Assembly (NCBI GenBank): GCA_050875065.1
Contig: JBNMLY010000002.1
Coordinates: 2,529 to 66,528 of the forward strand
Length of the DNA: 64,000 nucleotides
Direction of reading: 5' to 3'
From: Otoolea sp.
GTDB taxonomy: Bacteria > Bacillota > Clostridia > Lachnospirales > Lachnospiraceae
Of the stretch, positions 8,952-17,819 are shown one piece after another (positions within the stretch are counted from its first letter, which is position 1; each line of letters opens with the position of its first letter). Position numbers and translations under genes: made by a program. Below the pieces are notes generated by a model, which was given only the letters and a program-made list of their open reading frames with translations, was not told the DNA's origin and made no database searches.

Positions 8952-9509
8952 TTAAATCTCCGCCACCACCCTACACGGCAATCCCGTCATTTCCGCATAA
9001 TTCATCGGATATGCATGTGCTATAAAGATGCCTCCGTTTTTTAATACGTTTTCCAGATTGCACAGATTTTCGATGATAAAAACCCCCCGGTCCGCGCAGT
9101 GCTGATCCATCGGGCTATGCTCTTTTCCCCGCCTTACACCGGCAAAATCAATTCCAATCATAGATATCTGTTTCTGCAAAAGCGCTTCCAATAGTTCGTT
9201 GGAAAGCTGCGGATGTTCTGAAAAATATCGTTTGCTTCCATATCCCTCTTTCTCAATAAAGCCGGTGTAAAATGCTACGAACATATCCTTTTTGATTTGA
9301 TCCAGATCGACATCGGCCATCTCGATATCTCTGCTCTGCACGCCGCTGACGTCAAATACGATCCCATTTCTCTCCGTATAGTCCAATGGAAACTCTTGAT
9401 TCATAACATCAAAATGGGTTCCCAGATGTCCAACCAGCGCCTTTTTCTCATTGCCCTGGGCATCGGTCGCCATCTTTGGGGTAATCTTTAATGTGATATC
9501 AATTTTCAA
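8952..9509 (-). CDS. Cyclase family protein (kynurenine formamidase-like)
   Basis: H.GTHFD, IGID, IIENL.NL, G.PCRVVA motifs; TTG start overlapping the MarR stop. Confidence 0.85.
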   Translation of the reverse strand: MKIDITLKITPKMATDAQGNEKKALVGHLGTHFDVMNQEFPLDYTERNGIVFDVSGVQSRDIEMADVDLDQIKKDMFVAFYTGFIEKEGYGSKRYFSEHPQLSNELLEALLQKQISMIGIDFAGVRRGKEHSPMDQHCADRGVFIIENLCNLENVLKNGGIFIAHAYPMNYAEMTGLPCRVVAEI

Positions 9510-9966
9510 CCGTCGTTCCTCCTAATCCTGCGATCTGCTTTTCCAGATACTCATTAAATGCTTTCATGAATGTTTCTACCTGTCCGATGGCTTTCTGATC
9601 GAATTGTTTGATAAACGCGTCGTCCCGCTTCAGCCACAATGCATGTCGTTTCGCATGTTCATCGCATAAAAACTGCCCGGACGGAGTCAGTTTAAAAAAT
9701 ATCTTCTGCTTATTTCCCTTCTGCTGATACGCTTCGATCAAATTTTCTTCCAGCAGTTTTTTCGTTATCTTGCTGACTGCCCCTCTAGTAATACGCATAT
9801 AAGCGGCTATCCCGGTTACATTCGGCGCTTCCAGATCACCGATCGCTGCTATCGTATGAATCTCCGAATAATTGTAGCCATGCAGCCTCTCATCTTCGGT
9901 CAGCTTCGAAAGTATCTCCTGTTTTTCCATATACTGGGCAAACAAATTCATCAGTTCTGTATTCAT
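9499..9966 (-). CDS. MarR family transcriptional regulator
   Basis: SEIHTI..IG, NVT.IA...ITRGAVSKITKKL winged HTH. Confidence 0.9.
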   Translation of the reverse strand: MNTELMNLFAQYMEKQEILSKLTEDERLHGYNYSEIHTIAAIGDLEAPNVTGIAAYMRITRGAVSKITKKLLEENLIEAYQQKGNKQKIFFKLTPSGQFLCDEHAKRHALWLKRDDAFIKQFDQKAIGQVETFMKAFNEYLEKQIAGLGGTTVEN

Positions 9967-9980
9967 CGTATCACCTCATC

Positions 9981-10029
9981 TTGTTTCCGACGAAACAAAT
10001 ATAGCATTCTCTTGTTTCCACGTCAACAA
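9981..10029. promoter_or_regulatory. Two MarR-type operator palindromes TTGTTTCC-NN-(G/C)NNAACAA
   Basis: TTGTTTCCGACGAAACAA (9981-9998) and TTGTTTCCACGTCAACAA (10012-10029), the latter overlapping a minus-strand -35 TTGACG. Confidence 0.7.
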
Positions 10030-10070
10030 GTTTTTTTTAACCAGCGCAAGGACGTATTTTTCCATGAACT

Positions 10071-10147
10071 GAAAATAGCCCCAGGAATACCTCCCAGGAC
10101 TATCGACTATTTTTTGTTTTTGCTGTTCTAAGTAAACTGGAATTTGT
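10071..10147 (-). repeat. Junction module (palindromic site plus terminator hairpin), copy 1
   Basis: Homologous to 19820-19880, 21597-21676 and 23640-23672; TAGCCCCAGG...CCCAGG(G/A)CTA hairpin; GTAAAC-TGGA-ATTTGT site. Confidence 0.65.
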
Positions 10148-10594
10148 CTATTTCTCCATTACATAATTCATCAATGCAATTCCTTGTCGAATAACTTTCT
10201 GTTCTTTCACAACTCGATATCCTCGCTGTTGAAAAAATGGTTTTGCCGTAATAGATGCGTGGGTCGTGATACTCTTTCCTTTTACAGAATCTTCCAGTTT
10301 ATTACAAATTGCAGACGCAACTCCCATTCCCTGATAGTCCTTGTGGACAAATAATCTATCTAAATAACCCGAATCATCAATATCTCCAAAACCGACTATC
10401 TCATCATTCTTGATAGCAACAATCGTTTTATGCTTTAGAAAAGAAAGATTCCATTTCTGTAAATCTACCCTGCCTGTTGCCCAGACATTTAACTGTTCTT
10501 CCGCATAATCTTTTGCATTTATGCTATGAACCGTATTATAAAACAGTTCCGTCAACTGTTCACAATCAGCGGGCTTATATTCTCGAAGCCACAT
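10148..10594 (-). CDS. GNAT family N-acetyltransferase (YafP-like)
   Basis: LDRLFVHKDYQGMGVA, HASITAKPFF motifs. Confidence 0.92.
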   Translation of the reverse strand: MWLREYKPADCEQLTELFYNTVHSINAKDYAEEQLNVWATGRVDLQKWNLSFLKHKTIVAIKNDEIVGFGDIDDSGYLDRLFVHKDYQGMGVASAICNKLEDSVKGKSITTHASITAKPFFQQRGYRVVKEQKVIRQGIALMNYVMEK

Positions 10595-10606
10595 TTTTTA
10601 TCCTCG

Positions 10607-10618
10607 CAAATCCCGATT
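10607..10618. other. att core, left junction
   Basis: CAAATCCCGATT, repeated at 19243-19254. Confidence 0.8.
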
Positions 10619-10714
10619 GAGATTTCACCCGTTTTAAGAGATTTAATAACTGTTATATTTTGTTATTAAATTCTCTACAAACCCTTGAAAACACTGGATT
10701 TATCGCAGGTGAGC

Positions 10715-10797
10715 TTTCCCTTATTGTTTCCCTTGTGTTATATTGTCCCACCAGCGTTTACGAACTCTGATAAGGGCAAATACAAGGGCAAGAAAAA
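10715..10797. repeat. Integrase arm-type sites, left end
   Basis: TTTCCCTTATTGTTTCCCTTG and ATAAGGGCAAATACAAGGGCAA, mirrored at 19122-19173. Confidence 0.6.
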
Positions 10798-10903
10798 TCT
10801 ATAAAACAGTATAACACAAAATAAAAGTGACATGGTGAACTGATTGAAATGCTTCTGATTTTTGTAACGAATGATTGATTGAATGATAAGGAGATAGGAT
10901 ACG

Positions 10904-11140
10904 ATGAGAACGATATTTGCAGAATACAATCCACAACGCAACAGTATTGATGTTTATACCAGCGCAGGTTACATGCTTCGCATCGACTGCTGGGAAGCTG
11001 AAAAGAATTTAAAAACCACACCCGGATCAGACTGTGCATTGACTTCACTTGCAGTCGATGAACCACTTGAATATGCAAGATTATATCTTGATGGAAATTT
11101 GCAGATGTGGGTAAATGCAGAGGATTCATTAGATCTTTAG
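10904..11140 (+). CDS. Small conserved mobile-element protein (DUF6061-like)
   Basis: 78 aa, LRIDC..AE...PLEYA.LYL.G pattern recalled from Lachnospiraceae elements; RBS present; hairpin downstream (11154-11192). Confidence 0.7.
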   Translation: MRTIFAEYNPQRNSIDVYTSAGYMLRIDCWEAEKNLKTTPGSDCALTSLAVDEPLEYARLYLDGNLQMWVNAEDSLDL

Positions 11141-11351
11141 TAATCAATAAATGAGTGGAGCGAAATCGTTAAACATAGTTTTCACTCCACTCACTTTAGT
11201 TTACAAGATTTTTCAGATAAAACTATTAAATCTTTATTTTTTCTTTTCATTGTCAACTTCATAAAGCAGGTGACGAACCCCTATCCAAATGACTAATATT
11301 ACCGTAACAAATGGGACAGATAATCTAATATTCCTTTACCATGACTCCCTG

Positions 11352-12638
11352 TTACTTCAGTTCCTCTATCTGCTGTCTGATCTCAATACCAATTTTGCTG
11401 TAAATCCTAAAAGACAGTAAACCTATTACAATCGTAACAAGGGACGCTACATAAAACGGTATATATGTATAATTTCCAATGTGTTCAAAGACAAATCCGT
11501 ATAAAAATTGTCCAATAGGACTGGAACACATACAAACGCAAATAACGCAGGAAATAACTTTACCTATTAAATCGTTAGGCGTTAAAATTTGAATATACGA
11601 CATCATCTGAACTTGAAACAGCGAAGCTAAGACCATCAATACACTGCACCCAACTACTAACACAATATAAATTGCCATTGATGAGGTTAAAAATTGCAGA
11701 GCCATCCCACCTGCTAAAATTGAAAACGCACACCCAATTATAAGATACGGAATAGCAGTTGTCTTTAATTTTTTTGCTAATATTCCCGCAAGTAAACCGC
11801 CTAAAACACTTCCCACAGCAATAACGCCTTCCGCATATCCATAAAGTTGGTTTGCAAACTCTTTCTGAAATCCTAAAACCTGTGTCAACAACACTGGCAG
11901 GGCAATAATAAACAAAGCGCATAACAACAGGCTTACGCTACCGTATGTAATACACATTTTCCAAATAGCTGGCTTACACTGAAACATAAATTTAAAACTT
12001 TCCTTTATATCCTTGAAGCCTGTTGCAAACATATTTTCGTTTTTCTGCTTTTCTTTTCTTTCAAATGGGATATGCAGAAAGATTTCCATAACAGCCGATA
12101 CAAAAAAGCAGGCAATACTTACAAACAGAATCGGTTTAAGTCCCACAAGAGAAAACAATAATCCTCCAATTACGGGACCAATCATATTTGCAAGTGAACT
12201 GATAATATCAACTACAGAATTAGCCTGCATTAAGTATTCCGTATCTACAAGTACAGGAATACTTGCTTTTACTGCCGGCTGATACGCACCTTGTATCGCG
12301 TACAAGATAATCATAGTTACTGCTATAAGCGGGACAATTTCAAATTTTCCAATGAAAGCAGAAAATAATAAGACTAACACAGATGTGCTAAAATCCAATG
12401 CTACCATAATATTCCTCTTGTTTACCCTGTCAGCAATTACGCCACCAACAGGAAAAAGTAAAATCATGGGAATAAAAGAAATTGCCGATATTGTGCCAAA
12501 CAGAGCCGATGATCCTGTCTGGTTGAGGAGATATAACGGCAATGCAAAGCGTAAAATCTGATTGCCGAAAAGCGATATGATTTGTCCAATGGACATTAGG
12601 ATAAAATCCTTAGATAATATAGATTTTGTAGTCTTCAT
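11352..12638 (-). CDS. MFS transporter (DHA3/Mef-like efflux), element cargo
   Basis: GQIISLFG, GG.IADR.NKR MFS motif A, about 12 TM segments. Confidence 0.9.
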   Translation of the reverse strand: MKTTKSILSKDFILMSIGQIISLFGNQILRFALPLYLLNQTGSSALFGTISAISFIPMILLFPVGGVIADRVNKRNIMVALDFSTSVLVLLFSAFIGKFEIVPLIAVTMIILYAIQGAYQPAVKASIPVLVDTEYLMQANSVVDIISSLANMIGPVIGGLLFSLVGLKPILFVSIACFFVSAVMEIFLHIPFERKEKQKNENMFATGFKDIKESFKFMFQCKPAIWKMCITYGSVSLLLCALFIIALPVLLTQVLGFQKEFANQLYGYAEGVIAVGSVLGGLLAGILAKKLKTTAIPYLIIGCAFSILAGGMALQFLTSSMAIYIVLVVGCSVLMVLASLFQVQMMSYIQILTPNDLIGKVISCVICVCMCSSPIGQFLYGFVFEHIGNYTYIPFYVASLVTIVIGLLSFRIYSKIGIEIRQQIEELK

Positions 12639-12665
12639 ATTAGACCCCCTTGTATATAATACTTA

Positions 12666-12720
12666 TTGTTTCCTTGTCAACAATAAGTATTATACTTCAC
12701 TATTGTTTCCTCGTCAACAA
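12666..12720. promoter_or_regulatory. Two MarR-type operators upstream of the MFS gene
   Basis: TTGTTTCCTTGTCAACAA (12666-12683), TTGTTTCCTCGTCAACAA (12703-12720); a third at 13328-13345. Confidence 0.75.
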
Positions 12721-12730
12721 TAATCATCAT

Positions 12731-12776
12731 AAAAAAATGTGTAACCTTATTTTGTGAGTCAGGTTACACAATTTTT
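12731..12776 (-). terminator. Terminator after the cargo MarR gene
   Basis: TGTGTAACCT...AGGTTACACA flanked by A/T tracts. Confidence 0.65.
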
Positions 12777-12786
12777 GACATACCAA

Positions 12787-13275
12787 TTATAATTTTTCAA
12801 ACCCTCCAGTTTTGGAATTAATCTCTAATTCTTCAATTTTATTACTAAGATGCAAATCATATTGTTTTGCAAATCTTATAATGATATCCAGCTCATCCTC
12901 AGAAAAACCTTCAAATACAATTTTATCACGATTACTAAATTCTGTATGCAATTTTTCATGAATATCAAAAATTTTCCAGCCACTTTCAGTAAGTTTATAG
13001 TATATCTCTTTTTTATTTTCTGGTTTTTGATAGCTTTGAATCAGTCCCTTAGCAATTAATTTTTTTGCCAATTTACTGATAGCACCTCTTGTCATATAAA
13101 AACTTTCAGCCATTTTTGTAACATTAGCATCTTTATTTTTCCCAATATATTCAATACAATGTATCTCTGATGGTTTATATTCTTCAAGACTTTTTTTCAT
13201 ACTATATTCATTTAGTCCTATAAGTTTATTAAACATATACCAAAGACTGTCTAAAACCTTTTCTTGCGTACTCAT
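12787..13275 (-). CDS. MarR family transcriptional regulator, element cargo
   Basis: SEIHCIEYIG, NVTKMA, TRGAISKLAKKL. Confidence 0.9.
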   Translation of the reverse strand: MSTQEKVLDSLWYMFNKLIGLNEYSMKKSLEEYKPSEIHCIEYIGKNKDANVTKMAESFYMTRGAISKLAKKLIAKGLIQSYQKPENKKEIYYKLTESGWKIFDIHEKLHTEFSNRDKIVFEGFSEDELDIIIRFAKQYDLHLSNKIEELEINSKTGGFEKL

Positions 13276-13498
13276 ATGCCCTCTCCTAAAATAGAATATT
13301 TATTCTAGTTTTAATTTTAACTTTTTTTAGTTTCCATGTCAACAATGCGAGATACGTACTTTTTAGTAGCTTATTTCACAAAAACCATAATCTTTTCTTA
13401 AAACTCACACCAAAACTTGACTGAATCTCTCGTATAAAAACAATCAACAATTCACTTTTTAAACACAGGAAGACTAAGACATCTTCTTGTATTTTTTC

Positions 13499-14467
13499 TT
13501 AATAATATCCTCGTTCTTCCCGCCAGTCTTTCACATAACATCGGATTCCGATATAGACCACCTGCACCAGAAGTAACAGTACAATGAGGTTTATCGGAAT
13601 GACAGATTTTATCCATTCGCCAAAGTAGATTACGATAGCTGTAGTCATTATTGCCACCATGATGCTGATAATATCCCAGCAGTATTTCCGGTAGATTTTC
13701 CCCACCTGATAACCAATCCCGATTATCAGCAATCCCGTTATGATGAATAAAATTCCCATAACAATAGCTGCGATCATCCAGTATACAATCCCGGAAATGA
13801 TGCTGTTTGAAATTCCATTTCTTAACTGTCCGAAAGAATCTGCACCTGTCACAAACTCTTGAAGCAGGCTTGCAATTCCTTTTCTTATCGTACCGAAAAA
13901 AGTGATACAGTCGTCAAGAAAAACCGGAGAAAGAATAGCAGTAAACAGTGTGGTAGCTATGCTGTACCATGACACCAAGAACATAATACTTTCATAACCA
14001 GTTGTCATATTTTTATATTTTTTCTCCAACTGGATTTTGCGGTTATCACATTTTTCTTTTGCTTTCTGGTAAGCAGTACGGTCGCAGTTTTCACATTTTT
14101 CATAAGGCACTTTTTTCTCAACAGCTACCTCTACCGTCTTTTGGTGTGTCTGTGCATAGCATTTTGCCTGTTCTGCTTTTTCGTACCTAAATTTCCATGC
14201 CACGACTTCTGCGTCGGCTCTTTTCCGGCTGTCTGTCTCTCTGGTTAATTGTTCCTCTGTTTGCCTTAATCTTGTCTGCAATGCTTCGATATTCTCGGCT
14301 CTGTTTTCGTTGTTCAATTTCTCGTTCAAGGTCAGCGATCTGTTTAGCTGCCTGTTCAGTTCCAGGATTGTCTGATCTTTCTGATCCAGTTCGTCCTGCA
14401 TCTGTTCCGTCATTGTCAGGAGTTCTTCCACCCGCCCGACGTTCTCTAAGTTTACGCATTCTCTCAT
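13499..14467 (-). CDS. Coiled-coil plus membrane protein (DUF6040-like) overlapping the relaxase 3' end
   Basis: N-terminal coiled coil, CxxC, several C-terminal TM helices; typical position downstream of MobA in such elements. Confidence 0.7.
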   Translation of the reverse strand: MRECVNLENVGRVEELLTMTEQMQDELDQKDQTILELNRQLNRSLTLNEKLNNENRAENIEALQTRLRQTEEQLTRETDSRKRADAEVVAWKFRYEKAEQAKCYAQTHQKTVEVAVEKKVPYEKCENCDRTAYQKAKEKCDNRKIQLEKKYKNMTTGYESIMFLVSWYSIATTLFTAILSPVFLDDCITFFGTIRKGIASLLQEFVTGADSFGQLRNGISNSIISGIVYWMIAAIVMGILFIITGLLIIGIGYQVGKIYRKYCWDIISIMVAIMTTAIVIYFGEWIKSVIPINLIVLLLLVQVVYIGIRCYVKDWREERGYY

Positions 14468-15908
14468 CTATATCCCTCGCTTTCTCTATCTGCTGTTTAA
14501 GGTCAACAATTCGCTGTTCTGTTTCAGCAATAAGCTGTTCTCGCTGTTCAGCTTCTGCGTTAATTCCTGCCATTGCTGATTCTCGCTTTCCAACTGTTTG
14601 ATCCTGTTTTTCTGCTGTTCGATCTGGGAGAGCAGTTCTTCTGTATCTGGCAAAAGATTCAGCAGCCCGGATAACTCGCTGTTTAAGGTCTGCAAACTCT
14701 GAATCTGTTCCTGAAAGGACAGAAGCTGTCTGTCCCGTTCCTGCAATTCCTGTACCATCTCTGCCATAAGGTTCTGCTGTTCCTCGATCTGGTTTATCAT
14801 TGACTCCATCATGGGAATAACTTCCCGGCTTTCTTCTAAGGTCATTCAATCGCTCCTTCCACTGTGATAATGCACCAGACACTTTTCCAAAACTGGTCTG
14901 TATCTTTTTCAGCAGTGCATTTTGTCTTTTTATGATCTGGTTTTCCTCTACTTTCCATGAAGCGGTCTGTACCTGTCCACTTTGGAATTTCTCGTCAATC
15001 TTTCTTGCATCTGCACCCTCATGGATTGTAGGAATTTCTAATTTTCCCTGTCTTGCATAGGAACGGTGGTCAATCTGTTGTTCCACCGATAAATGTGCGT
15101 TACAGACTTTCGCCCACTCGCTCCGCCACAATTCGCAGTTCTTAGGATCGTTCCACCCAGTAGCATCGGTCAGCACCCGTTTCCATTGTTTTCGATTCCT
15201 TGCACCAACTTTCTGATTTCCATTTTCGTCCAGTACAGGGATTCTGATTCCATGACGGTCAGAGTTCTTTTTATCCTGCCACCAGTCTGGGTGGGATTCA
15301 TCAACTACGATATTCCCGTCAGTATCTCTGACAAACTCCCAGTCTTTGACTTCCTTGTTTCCCCACGAGTGGTCTGGATTGAATGGACGCATGGTAACGA
15401 GCAAATGCACATGTGGATTTCCGTCTCCTTTATCGTGAATACTCCAATCCGCACACATGCCCTTGTCTACAAAGTTTTTCTGAATATAATCTGTTGTATA
15501 TTCGATTTGTTCCTGCCTGCTCCATTCTTTCGGGAGTGAGAACTCAAACGACCTGCCAAGCTGTGCATCTGAACTTTTCTCAATCTTCAAAACTTCATTC
15601 CACAAACGCTGTTTCTGAAAAATGAGTTTAAATTTTTCCAGTGCGGCATCTTTGTTGTCTCCCCTTTTATACCGGACAGATTTCTGGAACCGTCTGATAT
15701 TTTCGGCAGGTACATTCTGCCATTCCTGCGGTGCATTTTCGCACATCATCAAGCTGGTATAAACAACTTCTTTTTTGGAAGTGTAGTAGCTGATCCTGCC
15801 TGTTTCTTCATTTTTCATCACATCGCCATTGAGATAAGCAGACGCTGATATGATGGATTTTCCTTTGCTGCGTCCAACAATCTTTACCGTATAATGGAAG
15901 ATCGCCAT
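14187..15908 (-). CDS. MobA/MobL (MOBQ) family relaxase
   Basis: MAIFH, SAYL, LWN.V...EK, SLP.E, IHD...GNPHVH (HUH), IDHRSY, PTIHEG. Confidence 0.95.
   Translation of the reverse strand: MAIFHYTVKIVGRSKGKSIISASAYLNGDVMKNEETGRISYYTSKKEVVYTSLMMCENAPQEWQNVPAENIRRFQKSVRYKRGDNKDAALEKFKLIFQKQRLWNEVLKIEKSSDAQLGRSFEFSLPKEWSRQEQIEYTTDYIQKNFVDKGMCADWSIHDKGDGNPHVHLLVTMRPFNPDHSWGNKEVKDWEFVRDTDGNIVVDESHPDWWQDKKNSDRHGIRIPVLDENGNQKVGARNRKQWKRVLTDATGWNDPKNCELWRSEWAKVCNAHLSVEQQIDHRSYARQGKLEIPTIHEGADARKIDEKFQSGQVQTASWKVEENQIIKRQNALLKKIQTSFGKVSGALSQWKERLNDLRRKPGSYSHDGVNDKPDRGTAEPYGRDGTGIAGTGQTASVLSGTDSEFADLKQRVIRAAESFARYRRTALPDRTAEKQDQTVGKRESAMAGINAEAEQREQLIAETEQRIVDLKQQIEKARDIDERMRKLRERRAGGRTPDNDGTDAGRTGSERSDNPGTEQAAKQIADLEREIEQRKQSREYRSIADKIKANRGTINQRDRQPEKSRRRSRGMEI
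14486..14845 (-). CDS. Coiled-coil protein nested in an alternative frame of the relaxase gene
   Basis: 119-aa Q/E/L heptad-rich ORF, same strand, different frame. Confidence 0.5.
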   Translation of the reverse strand: MTLEESREVIPMMESMINQIEEQQNLMAEMVQELQERDRQLLSFQEQIQSLQTLNSELSGLLNLLPDTEELLSQIEQQKNRIKQLESENQQWQELTQKLNSENSLLLKQNSELLTLNSR

Positions 15909-16153
15909 GATCCGTTTCCCCCTTTCTGCCGTATCCGGCATTGATTTTCGGCAGGTAACATTTCCTGTAAGAGAGAATGGTATCTGCCGAAACGCCCTCT
16001 GCGTAAGAGTGCCCTGTGCATAACAGCCTGCATGGAATGCGCCCCTCTGGCGAAGAGTGCCTCCTGCGGCATGAGCAGGTCTGCATGAAATGCCCGCCGA
16101 CGGAACGAGCCCGGCAAGCGTGAGCGCAGACCGGTTGCCACTTGTGGCAAACT

Positions 16154-16190
16154 TATACGGACGACCTCTGGTTGTCCATAAGTGCGCCCT
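16154..16190 (+). other. oriT, MOBQ/RSF1010-type nick region
   Basis: Inverted repeat GGACGACC-TCT-GGTTGTCC followed by TAAGTGCGCCCT. Confidence 0.85.
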
Positions 16191-16236
16191 TCATGAAAAA
16201 GCAATGAAGGGAATGGAAACTCCACTCCCTCCGGCA

Positions 16237-16560
16237 TTACACTTCCTCCGTATTTACAACTGGCTCTTTCTGCATTGCCTTTGAGAAGAATTTCCCGTTT
16301 GCTTCCTGCCTTTTTAAGAAGCCGACCAGTTTTGGAATATCTTCTTCCTCAATCGCACAGCCAAGCACTGATTCCACTGCACCACCGATCTGACAGAGCC
16401 TGTGGGTTCGTTTTTTCGTTTCCACATCTTTTTGACGCTTCTTCAGTTCCCGTTTCTGTGCTGCGTACTGTTTTGCTTTCTCAAGGCTTTCCTGTTCTCT
16501 CTTTTCCAACTGGAGCAGACGCTCCTCGTAACTCTTTGTTGATCTTGCCATAAATATCAT
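16237..16560 (-). CDS. Small mobilization accessory protein (DUF3847-like)
   Basis: KKRTHRLCQIGGAVES motif; adjacent to oriT; real start may be ATG at 16551. Confidence 0.75.
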   Translation of the reverse strand: MIFMARSTKSYEERLLQLEKREQESLEKAKQYAAQKRELKKRQKDVETKKRTHRLCQIGGAVESVLGCAIEEEDIPKLVGFLKRQEANGKFFSKAMQKEPVVNTEEV

Positions 16561-16697
16561 CGTCCTTTCTTTTTTCTACCAAACATAAGTTTCCTGTTGT
16601 CTGTCAGACGAAGTACATGGTATAATCTGCTTGCGTGTAGGTATATCATGGCTTCGGTCTGATAGAACCTTTGGCGGTTTCTTCGGGAACCGCCTTT

Positions 16698-16928
16698 TTA
16701 AGTTGCACCGTTTCTTGTGACGGCTTTCACATTTCCCTTATCCCTCAAGTCCCTGCCCTCGTTGGCTTCCATGAAGAGTTCCAGCATATCCGTTTTGATC
16801 AGGACTTTTCTCCCGACCTTTAATACCGGAAGTTTCTTCCACTCCACCAGTTTTCTCAGGGTGTTCCTGCCGATTCCTGTATAATCAGCAGCTTCCTCAA
16901 TAGATAAGGCAATCTTTCTTTGCGTCAT
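16698..16928 (-). CDS. Excisionase-type HTH (HTH_17) DNA-binding protein
   Basis: LSIEEAADYTGIGRNTLRKL; AAGGAGG RBS. Confidence 0.88.
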   Translation of the reverse strand: MTQRKIALSIEEAADYTGIGRNTLRKLVEWKKLPVLKVGRKVLIKTDMLELFMEANEGRDLRDKGNVKAVTRNGAT

Positions 16929-16944
16929 GTGACCACCTCCTTAT

Positions 16945-17050
16945 AAATTGCATTATGCAATTTCTTTTGTGCTGTCAGTATAGCGTGTTTATATCATCTT
17001 GTCAAGCATTACGAAATTATGTTGATTGTTATTAAATTGCGTATTGCAAT
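16945..17050. promoter_or_regulatory. Palindromic operators between divergent xis and XRE genes
   Basis: AAATTGCATTATGCAATTT (16945-16963) and AAATTGCGTATTGCAAT (17034-17050). Confidence 0.55.
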
Positions 17051-17103
17051 ATTTGCCGTTGTGTGGTATAGTAATGACATACCGAAAAAGGAGGCACATC
17101 AGC

Positions 17104-17733
17104 ATGAAAGATAAAGAATTACGCAAGCTGATCGGTAGCAGGGCAAAACAGCGCCGTACAGAATTGAATCTGACACAGCCTTATATCGCTGAGAAGATGG
17201 GTGTGACTGCATCTACCATTCAGAGATATGAAGCCGGGACGATTGACAATACGAAGAAAATGGTGCTGGAAGGTCTTTCAGAAGCACTCCATGTATCTGT
17301 GGAATGGCTCAGAGGGGAAACAGACGAATATGAAACTGACATTACGGATAAAAGGGAATTACAGATTCGTGATGCGATGACGGATATTCTCAAGCAGTTA
17401 CCTCTTGACCTCACGAAAACAGAAGATGCTTTTTCCAAAGACTTACTGCTGTTAATGTTGAAACAATATGAACTGTTTCTGGATTCGTTCCAGTTTGCCT
17501 GCAAAAATTACAAAGGCAATACTAAAGAAGCGGACATTGCAAAAGTAATGGGGTTTGAATCGAATGATGAATATAACGAGATCATGTTTCTCAGGGAAAT
17601 TACCCATACTGTCAACGCATTGAATGACATGGCAGATATTGTAAGGCTCTATTCCAAGAAACCGGAAACAGCAGAACAAAGGCTTGCAAATCTTTTATCC
17701 GAAGTTATGTATGAGGATTCTGAAACGGTATAG
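17104..17733 (+). CDS. XRE family HTH repressor
   Basis: LTQ..IAEKMGVTASTIQRYEAG; AGGAGG RBS before ATG at 17104. Confidence 0.9.
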   Translation: MKDKELRKLIGSRAKQRRTELNLTQPYIAEKMGVTASTIQRYEAGTIDNTKKMVLEGLSEALHVSVEWLRGETDEYETDITDKRELQIRDAMTDILKQLPLDLTKTEDAFSKDLLLLMLKQYELFLDSFQFACKNYKGNTKEADIAKVMGFESNDEYNEIMFLREITHTVNALNDMADIVRLYSKKPETAEQRLANLLSEVMYEDSETV

Positions 17734-17819
17734 TAAGACAACCGGAGTTGTGATATACTTACACGCAAGAAGCATTTCAGCAGTTCCGATTGTCTGATAT
17801 CGAAAGGAGACATACGATT

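Noticed and set aside
10758-11147. 129-aa minus-strand ORF
   Set aside because: It is antisense to the better-supported 78-aa gene and overlaps arm sites.
15808-16284. Short ORFs across the oriT region
   Set aside because: There are no motifs, and the region is explained by oriT and the relaxase leader.
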